DNA from: Pseudodesulfovibrio mercurii
GTDB lineage: Bacteria > Desulfobacterota > Desulfovibrionia > Desulfovibrionales > Desulfovibrionaceae
Assembly (NCBI RefSeq): GCF_000189295.2
Contig: NC_016803.1
Span: 3,570,001 to 3,602,000 of the forward strand
Length of the DNA stretch: 32,000 bases
Direction of reading: 5' to 3'
Numbering within the stretch: the stretch's first letter is position 1; each line of letters starts with the position of its first letter. The translations under genes and the position numbers were made by a program. Positions 26,031 through 32,000 of the stretch are shown here, piece by piece. The notes below the pieces were generated by a model that saw only the letters and a program-made list of their open reading frames with translations, searched no databases and had not been told where the DNA came from.

Positions 26031-27200
26031 CTAGATCTTGCAGGCGGTGCGCAGATCGTTCACGGCGTCGGTCTGCTCCCAGGTGAACTCGGGCAGCTCG
26101 CGGCCGAAGTGGCCGTAGTTGGTGGTCTTCTGGAAGATGGGCCGACGCAGCTTGAGGCGCTCCTGGATGAAGTAGGGGCGCATGTCGAAGACCTCGGTCA
26201 CGGCCTTGGTCAGGGTCTCGTCGTTGACCTGGCCGGTGCCGCGCGAGCTGACGACCACGGACACGGGCTGGGCCACGCCGATGGCGTAGGCGATCTGGAC
26301 CTCGCAGATGTCGGCCAGACCGGAGGCGACCACGTTCTTGGCCACGTAGCGGGCCATGTACGCCCCGGAGCGGTCCACCTTGGACGGGTCCTTGCCGGAG
26401 AAGGCGCCGCCGCCGTGGGCGCCCGCGCCGCCGTAGGTGTCGTTGATGATCTTGCGGCCGGTCAGGCCGCAGTCGCCCACCGGGCCGCCGATGACGAACC
26501 GGCCCGTGGGGTTGATGTAGGTCTTGAGGTGGTCGTCGAGCAGCTCCTCCGGGAGGGTCTTCATGATGACTTCCTGGAGGATGGCCTCCTTCAGGTCGGA
26601 GTAGGCGATGTTGGCGTCATGCTGGGAGGAGACGACCACGTTGTCGATGCGCACGGGCTTGCCGCTGTCGAACTGGACGCAGACCTGGGTCTTGCCGTCC
26701 GGGCGCAGGAAGTCGAGGATGCCCTCCTTGCGCACGTAGGTCAGGCGGCGGGAGAGCTTGTGGGCGTAGTAGATGGGGGTGGGCATGAGCGTCGGGGTCT
26801 CGTTGGTGGCGTAGCCGAACATCATGCCCTGGTCGCCAGCGCCCTGGTCCTCGGGCTTGACCCGGTCAACGCCCTGGGCGATGTCCGGGGACTGCTTGTC
26901 GATGGACGAGATGACCGCACAGGTCTGCCAGTCGAAGCCCATGGTGTCGGAACTGTTGTAGCCGATGTCCTTGATGGTGGCGCGGACGATCTCCGGGAAA
27001 TCCGCGAAGGCGGTGGTGGAGATCTCGCCGGCGATGAAGGCCAGGCCGGTGGTCACCAGCGTCTCGCAGGCCACGCGGGCGTTCGGATCCTGGCCGATGA
27101 TGGCGTCCAGGATGGCGTCGGAAATCTGGTCGGCGACCTTGTCCGGGTGGCCTTCGGTCACGGATTCGGAAGTGAACAGGTATTTGCCTTCAATCTGCAT
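26031..27200 (-). CDS. metK: S-adenosylmethionine synthetase
   Basis: [50 protein letters not shown]. Canonical MAT motifs. Confidence 0.97.
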   Translation of the reverse strand: MQIEGKYLFTSESVTEGHPDKVADQISDAILDAIIGQDPNARVACETLVTTGLAFIAGEISTTAFADFPEIVRATIKDIGYNSSDTMGFDWQTCAVISSIDKQSPDIAQGVDRVKPEDQGAGDQGMMFGYATNETPTLMPTPIYYAHKLSRRLTYVRKEGILDFLRPDGKTQVCVQFDSGKPVRIDNVVVSSQHDANIAYSDLKEAILQEVIMKTLPEELLDDHLKTYINPTGRFVIGGPVGDCGLTGRKIINDTYGGAGAHGGGAFSGKDPSKVDRSGAYMARYVAKNVVASGLADICEVQIAYAIGVAQPVSVVVSSRGTGQVNDETLTKAVTEVFDMRPYFIQERLKLRRPIFQKTTNYGHFGRELPEFTWEQTDAVNDLRTACKI

Positions 27201-27236
27201 CGGACCCTCCTTGGGGGTTGTGCTGCTTGCTGACGT

Positions 27237-27617
27237 CTAGAAATCCGGGTTGATGAGTTCGCACTCAAGGATTTCGTCGACGGTATTGTTCTTGCCGGCG
27301 ATGACCACCCGGGGCTTGCGGGTCTTGGCCTCGTTTTCGTCCAGCCACATGTATGCGGCGATGATCACTCGCTGCCCGACCCCGCCCTTGTGGGCGGCCG
27401 CGCCGTTCAGGCAGATCTCGCCCGGTGCGCCGGGGATGGCGTAGGTGGTCAGCCGCTCCCCGTTGTCCAAATTGTACACGTCCACCTGCTCGTAGGGCAG
27501 CAGTCCCACCGTCTTCATCAGCTTGGTGTCGATGGAGATGCTGCCCCGGTATTCCAGGTTCGCACAGGTGATGGTCGCGCCGTGGATCTTGGCGCTCAAA
27601 AAACATCTCTGAGCCAC
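27237..27617 (-). CDS. panD: Aspartate 1-decarboxylase proenzyme (pyruvoyl-dependent)
   Basis: KIHGATITCANLEYRGSISID with the Gly-Ser self-cleavage site, TYAIPG, and NGAAAH. Confidence 0.95.
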   Translation of the reverse strand: MAQRCFLSAKIHGATITCANLEYRGSISIDTKLMKTVGLLPYEQVDVYNLDNGERLTTYAIPGAPGEICLNGAAAHKGGVGQRVIIAAYMWLDENEAKTRKPRVVIAGKNNTVDEILECELINPDF

Positions 27618-27622
27618 GAGTA

Positions 27623-28471
27623 TTAACCCTCTATCAATATATTGTCTATGAGCCGGGCCTTGCCCATGCGCACGGCCACCGCGGCCAGGGCGGAGCGGGC
27701 AACGGTCTTGACCGGCGAAATCTCGTCAGGGTCCACGATCTCGATGTAGTCCACCTGGCCCATGGGCAGGGTCACGGCGAACTCGTCGGCCAGAAACCGC
27801 TTCAGGACCTCGCAGTCGCGCTCACCGTTGCGGGCCTTTTCGGCCAGCTTGAGCAGCCCCTTGCGGATGTTCGGGGCCGCGGCCCGCTCGGCCTCGGTCA
27901 TGTAGGCGTTGCGGGAGCTCAGGGCCAGGCCGTCCGCCTCGCGGACGATGGGGTGGCCGATGAGTTTGACCGGCATGTTCAGGTCGCGGACCATGCGGCG
28001 CAGGACGGCGAGTTGCTGCCAGTCCTTTTCGCCGAACACGGCCACCTCGGCCTGGGTCAGCATGAACAATTTGGTGACCACCGTGCACACGCCCCGGAAG
28101 TGGATGGGCCGGGTGGCACCGCACAGGTTCGCGCCCAGTCGGGGGACCTCCACCCAGGTGGCGTGGTTGTCCGCGTACATGACGCCGGGTTCGGGCGCGA
28201 AGAGCAGATCCACGCCGTGCGCCTCGGCCTTGGCGCGGTCGCTGTCGAAGTCGCGCGGGTAGGTGGACAGGTCCTCGTTCTCGCCGAACTGGGTCGGGTT
28301 GACGAAGACCGAGACCACCAGCCGCTCGCACTCGGGCCGGGCCCGGTCGATGAGCGAGGTGTGGCCGTGGTGCAGATAGCCCATGGTCGGCACAAGGCCG
28401 ATGGTGTGCCCCTGCCTGCGCCAGGTCAGGCACTGGCGCTGCAATTCTGTCGGATCGGTGATGATGTTCAT
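27623..28471 (-). CDS. panC: Pantoate--beta-alanine ligase
   Basis: GLVPTMGYLHHGHTSLI (HIGH-like), VSVFVNPTQFG, FGEKDWQQ, LALSSRN. Confidence 0.96.
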   Translation of the reverse strand: MNIITDPTELQRQCLTWRRQGHTIGLVPTMGYLHHGHTSLIDRARPECERLVVSVFVNPTQFGENEDLSTYPRDFDSDRAKAEAHGVDLLFAPEPGVMYADNHATWVEVPRLGANLCGATRPIHFRGVCTVVTKLFMLTQAEVAVFGEKDWQQLAVLRRMVRDLNMPVKLIGHPIVREADGLALSSRNAYMTEAERAAAPNIRKGLLKLAEKARNGERDCEVLKRFLADEFAVTLPMGQVDYIEIVDPDEISPVKTVARSALAAVAVRMGKARLIDNILIEG

Positions 28472-28672
28472 GGTTCGCCTCGGAGCTTGGTGAACACCTG
28501 ACAGATTTACCGGGGGGAGTCAAACAAAATGTTTATATCTGGATGTATTGATATAGTCGTCGGCGTCCCGCCCGGAAGGGGCCGGATTCGGTGGAAAAAA
28601 TAGCTTCCGCGACGCCCCTTCGGCCAAAGTTTTGTTTGAGAAAAAACGGTCCCCGTTGTACCGTCGGCCATT

Positions 28673-31096
28673 ATGAGGACAAACAAGGACATCTTCGCGG
28701 ACCGGACCGTGTCGCTCACTCCCCAGGAGCTGATCGACTTCGAACACACCATCAAGGACTGCATGGCGGAGTTCGTGCCCTTCACCTCCTACAGCCTGTT
28801 CTTCCCCAGGGAGAAGGCGGCCGTCGTCCCCGAGCCGGAGTTCCGGGCCGAGGACAACGAGCTGATCCTGCCCATGGTCTTCAAGGGCGAGATGCTGTGC
28901 TTCTTCATCGCCAAGGGCGTGCGCCTCAAGGCCCCGGCCACGGCTCCGAAGTACCTCATGGCCCTGGCCACCTCCGTGCTCGAAAAGCTGGCCCTGTACA
29001 AGAAGGCGGTCACCGATCCCCTGACCGGCCTGTACTCGCGCAACTTCTTCTTCGAGGAGCTGGAGCAGGCCATCGAGCAGGTCCAGGACTGCCTGGCCAC
29101 GGGGTCCTGCCGGGCGGGCATGGAGGCCCGCGAGCCCGAGATCACCTTCTCCGGGACCTTCGGGGTCATCTTCCTCGACCTGGACACCTTCCAGCCCATC
29201 AACGAGCGGTACGGCTACCTCAAGGGCGACGACATCCTGAGCGAAGTGGGGCGGCTGCTCCACATGGTCTGCCCCAAGTACACCACCGTGGCGCGCTTCG
29301 CCAACGACAAGTTCGCCATCCTGGTGCCCGACGCCAAGCCGCACGCCTGTTTCCAGCTGTCCGAGGTCATCCGCTCGGGCCTGAGCAAGCTGTCCTTCAC
29401 CGACGACATCACCAACGACACCATCACGATCACCGGCAGCCTGGGCTACGTCTGCTATCCCCAGGGGCTGGAGGGCGCGCAGTTCCGGCGCACCCCGTCC
29501 GAGCAGGCGCGCATGATCGTGCGCAAGGCGCGCAAGGGCGTGGCCGTGGCCAAGGACCAGGGCCGCAACCGGGTCTTCGGCTACGCCGACATCCTGTCCA
29601 AGGGCGGCCGGGTCCTCGAGACCCTGCCCATGAACCGCATGGTCGTGTCCCTGGGCGAGGCCTCCGGGGCCAAGGTGGGCCAGCGTTTCCTGGTCCGCTC
29701 GCCCAAGTCCGGCGGCATCGCCTCCGCCTCCCTGACCGAGGACGAGCGGCTGTCCGGCCGCTACCCGGCCCTGTACAAGGGCGAGGTGGTCCTGGTCGAG
29801 GTCCAGGACGACATCGCCTTCGCCGAGGCCCTGCACCTGGGCGACGCTGCCTGGGCCGTGGAGCCCGGCGACCGCCTCAACCTCATCGAGGGTGACGAAA
29901 GCCTGTTCTCGCCCGAACAGGAAATAAAGGACGACTCCATGCCGAGCCATGACGGCGCGACCCAGCTTTTGCGATACGGCGAATTCGTCTCCTGGTTCGC
30001 CAAGGCCCGGCTCAAGCCCGAGTCCTTCGGCCTGTCCCTGATTCGTATCCTGGACCAGCCGGAGGAGAGCGACCGCTACCAGGACGGCATGGACCACATG
30101 GCTCGCGACGTGGCCCGCCTGGCGCGCGGCGTGTTCGGCGACGCGGCCACCGGCGGCCGATTCGGCCTCAACGGCATGATCTTTTTCACCAAGGGCGCGG
30201 ACCGGCAGACCCTCATGGACCGCTCCCTGGAGCTGGTCGCCATGGCCGCCGAAAACCTCGGCCTCAAGCTGTCCGTGGGGTCGGCCCGCTACCCGTTCCT
30301 CAATTTCGACCGGGCCGACATGCTCGACAACTGCCGCAAGGCCCTGGAACACGCCCTGCTTCTGCCCGAGCCGCGCGTGGCCGTGTTCGACTCCATTTCC
30401 CTCAACCTTTCGGCCGACCGCCGCTTCATGGACGGCGACATCTACGGGGCCATCGAGGAGTTCAAGCTGGCTCTGCTCGACGACGAGAACAACCTCCTGG
30501 CCCGCAACTCGCTCGGCATCTGCTACGCCCAGCTGGGCCGCTTCCAGGAGGCCCGCCACGAGTTCCAGCACGTGGTCGAACTCGACAAGAAGGACGTCCT
30601 GGCCCTGTACAACCTGGGCTGGGCCAACCACCGCCTGGGCGACCTCAAGTCCGCCGAAAAGGCCTACCGCCAGTGCCTCAAGGCCGAGCCCGGCCACGTC
30701 TATTCGCTCATGCGCCTGGGCTCCATCGAGGAAAAGGCCAACCACCTCAAGAAGGCCGCTAACCTCTACAAAAAGGCCGCCGAACAACCCGGCGGCGAAC
30801 GGCTGGTCTTCCGCCCACTGGCCCGCGTGGCCTACAAACAGGGCGACATCGAGGCCACCCGCGAATACCTGCACCTGGCGCTCAACGCCGACCACAACGA
30901 CCACCAGGCCATGCACATGCTCGCCAAACTCTATCTCGACCAGGGCGAAGACCCGCAGATCGCCGAGGTCCTGGCCCGCCAGTCCTCGGCCCTGGCCCCC
31001 GGCGTGGACGGCTACTGGGATACCCTGGTCGAAGCCCTCGAAGCCCAGGGCAAAGGCGAAGAAGCTGCCATCGTCGCCGCGAGAGCGGCGGGGTAG
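28673..31096 (+). CDS. Multidomain signalling protein: GAF-like N-terminus, degenerate GGDEF domain (ANDKF), unassigned beta-rich middle, second degenerate GGDEF-like domain (GLNGM), C-terminal TPR repeats
   Basis: The GGDEF scaffold is recognisable: DPLTGLYSRNFF, FLDLDTFQPINERYGY, GDDIL, AKDQGRNRV. The active-site pentapeptide reads ANDKF. The second copy has GRFGLNGMIFF. TPR-like repeats run from about aa 600: LGICYAQLGRFQEARHEFQHVVELD, LYNLGWANHRLGDLKSAEKAYRQCLKAEP and others. Confidence 0.8.
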   Translation: MRTNKDIFADRTVSLTPQELIDFEHTIKDCMAEFVPFTSYSLFFPREKAAVVPEPEFRAEDNELILPMVFKGEMLCFFIAKGVRLKAPATAPKYLMALATSVLEKLALYKKAVTDPLTGLYSRNFFFEELEQAIEQVQDCLATGSCRAGMEAREPEITFSGTFGVIFLDLDTFQPINERYGYLKGDDILSEVGRLLHMVCPKYTTVARFANDKFAILVPDAKPHACFQLSEVIRSGLSKLSFTDDITNDTITITGSLGYVCYPQGLEGAQFRRTPSEQARMIVRKARKGVAVAKDQGRNRVFGYADILSKGGRVLETLPMNRMVVSLGEASGAKVGQRFLVRSPKSGGIASASLTEDERLSGRYPALYKGEVVLVEVQDDIAFAEALHLGDAAWAVEPGDRLNLIEGDESLFSPEQEIKDDSMPSHDGATQLLRYGEFVSWFAKARLKPESFGLSLIRILDQPEESDRYQDGMDHMARDVARLARGVFGDAATGGRFGLNGMIFFTKGADRQTLMDRSLELVAMAAENLGLKLSVGSARYPFLNFDRADMLDNCRKALEHALLLPEPRVAVFDSISLNLSADRRFMDGDIYGAIEEFKLALLDDENNLLARNSLGICYAQLGRFQEARHEFQHVVELDKKDVLALYNLGWANHRLGDLKSAEKAYRQCLKAEPGHVYSLMRLGSIEEKANHLKKAANLYKKAAEQPGGERLVFRPLARVAYKQGDIEATREYLHLALNADHNDHQAMHMLAKLYLDQGEDPQIAEVLARQSSALAPGVDGYWDTLVEALEAQGKGEEAAIVAARAAG

Positions 31097-31275
31097 GGCC
31101 TCCGGCGGCCGGGGGAAGGGGAGAAGGGAACCCTTTGAGAAAAGGGTTCCCTTCTCCCCTATCGCTGCTGTCGCCATCTCTAAGGCTCGCGGACTCGCCA
31201 AGAGCTGCCGCTCCCCCGGACCCCCATCCCCTCTTCCTTCCTAAACTTTTTATCGCGCCTTCGGCGAGGTGCGGA
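31097..31275 (+). repeat. Intergenic repeat element, copy D (inverted orientation relative to A/B/C; 13-mer GCCTCCGGCGGCC 1 nt after the stop, perfect 19-bp hairpin 31118-31159, module 1 at the far end)
   Basis: GCCTCCGGCGGCC at 31098-31110. GGGGAGAAGGGAACCCTTT-GAGA-AAAGGGTTCCCTTCTCCCC. ...CCCCCATCCCCTCTTCCTTCCTAAACTTTTTATCGCGCC is the reverse complement of module 1 as in copy A. Confidence 0.8.
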
Positions 31276-31327
31276 CTCGCGAAATCGACTGTTTCGCGGT
31301 CTGTGCATGCCAAAATGAACGCCCTCG

Positions 31328-31429
31328 CACCCCGCGAAGCGGCGACAAAAAGTTTTGGAGGGTCCAGGGAACCTTTTTCAAAAGGTTCCCTGGTCTCCCC
31401 GAAGGGGCCCCCGGAGGGCCGCCGGAGGC
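31328..31429 (-). repeat. Intergenic repeat element, copy C (module 1 + 14-bp hairpin 31364-31393 + GGCCGCCGGAGGC ending 4 nt from the M48 protease stop)
   Basis: CCCCGCGAAGCGGCGACAAAAAGTTTTGGAGGG, CCAGGGAACCTTTT/AAAAGGTTCCCTGG, GGCCGCCGGAGGC at 31417-31429. Confidence 0.8.
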
Positions 31430-31433
31430 CCGC

Positions 31434-32000
31434 CTACGACAGGGCGCGGATTCTTGCCAGGACCGGGGGGTGGCTGTATTCGAGCCAGACGGTGAGCGGG
31501 TGCGGGGTCGGGTTGGACAGGTTGGAGACCGACAGTTTTTTCAGGGCGGAGATCATGGTTTCGGGGCGGCCCGTGGTGCGGGCGGCGAAGGCGTCGGCCT
31601 CGAACTCGTGCTTGCGGGACATGGCGTTGGCCGCCACGGACAGGATCAGGGAGAGCGGGGTGTAGAGCAGGACGAAGAAGACCAGCCCCGCGTAGAGGGA
31701 CATGTCCTGCATGCCAAAGGCCGCGAACAACCCTTCGGAGTCCAGGAACAGGGACATGAGGTAGAAGATCGCCCCGGCCTTGAGGACGCCCGTGACCAGC
31801 CGCTTCTTGATGTGCCCGAGTTTGGCGTGGCCGACCTCGTGGGCCAGCACGGCCACGATCTCGTCCGCGTCCATCTCCTTGATGAGGGTGTCGAACAGGG
31901 CGATGCGTCGCCGCTTGCCGAACCCGGTGAAAAAGGCGTTGCCCTTGGTGGACCGCTTGGAGCCGTCCATGACGAAGATGCCGGTCAGTTCGAACCCGGC
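31434..32000 (-). CDS. M48-family zinc metalloprotease (Ste24/HtpX-like), C-terminal part; N-terminus lies beyond the window
   Basis: HEVGH zinc motif (VLAHEVGHAKLGH), downstream EFEAD third-ligand region, and the conserved DGSKRSTKGNAFFTGFG segment. The frame stays open to position 32000. Confidence 0.88.
   Translation of the reverse strand, partial: AGFELTGIFVMDGSKRSTKGNAFFTGFGKRRRIALFDTLIKEMDADEIVAVLAHEVGHAKLGHIKKRLVTGVLKAGAIFYLMSLFLDSEGLFAAFGMQDMSLYAGLVFFVLLYTPLSLILSVAANAMSRKHEFEADAFAARTTGRPETMISALKKLSVSNLSNPTPHPLTVWLEYSHPPVLARIRALS

Noticed and set aside
29560-29900. Possible PilZ domain in the middle of the GGDEF/TPR protein
   Set aside because: I could not find the RxxxR plus (D/N)xSxxG signature. 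Only a generic beta-rich segment is present, so it is left unassigned.
28520-31201. 893-aa ORF on the minus strand
   Set aside because: It lies entirely antisense to the well-supported GAF/GGDEF/TPR gene. Its composition is G/A/V/L/E/D/H low complexity with no motifs. This is the typical stop-free shadow frame of a GC3-rich gene.

Overview
High-GC bacterial chromosomal window whose gene content and order look like a Desulfovibrio-type deltaproteobacterium; this taxon call is an inference from memory. It is mostly housekeeping. Roughly 30 protein genes are supportable. I saw no rRNA, tRNA, CRISPR array, transposase or phage gene.

The centre (10550-22322, minus strand) is a 12-gene aromatic amino-acid supraoperon. 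Transcription order is aroA' (archaeal-type ADH synthase), aroB' (DHQ synthase II), pheA, aroA, tyrA, trpE, trpG, trpD, trpC, trpF, trpB, trpA.

Other gene groups:
- A DEAD-box helicase / infA / RRM RNA-binding protein group.
- A PaaK-like ligase / BNR (Asp-box) propeller / small unknown operon.
- An orphan prepilin peptidase, a BON lipoprotein, a GT39/ArnT-like glycosyltransferase and a SAM methyltransferase.
- amtB-glnK with a sigma54-like promoter.
- An EAL phosphodiesterase with a C-terminal Cache/PAS-like module.
- metK, panD and panC.
- A large GAF / degenerate GGDEF x2 / TPR protein.
- A partial M48 (Ste24/HtpX-like) protease.

The most interesting signals are non-coding:
1. A 31-codon leader ORF, too short for the ORF track, with an aromatic run [12 protein letters not shown] strong terminator follows it, immediately upstream of the supraoperon.
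2. A second apparent attenuator inside the operon. Three tandem Trp codons sit at the extreme 3' end of tyrA. The stop codon abuts a 10-nt segment that is perfectly complementary to the 5' arm of a terminator in front of trpE.
3. A modular GC-rich intergenic repeat family with at least 5-7 copies. Its 13-mer end sits 0-9 nt from stop codons, always in the same orientation relative to the upstream gene.

The many very long ORFs antisense to real genes are GC3 shadow ORFs and were rejected.
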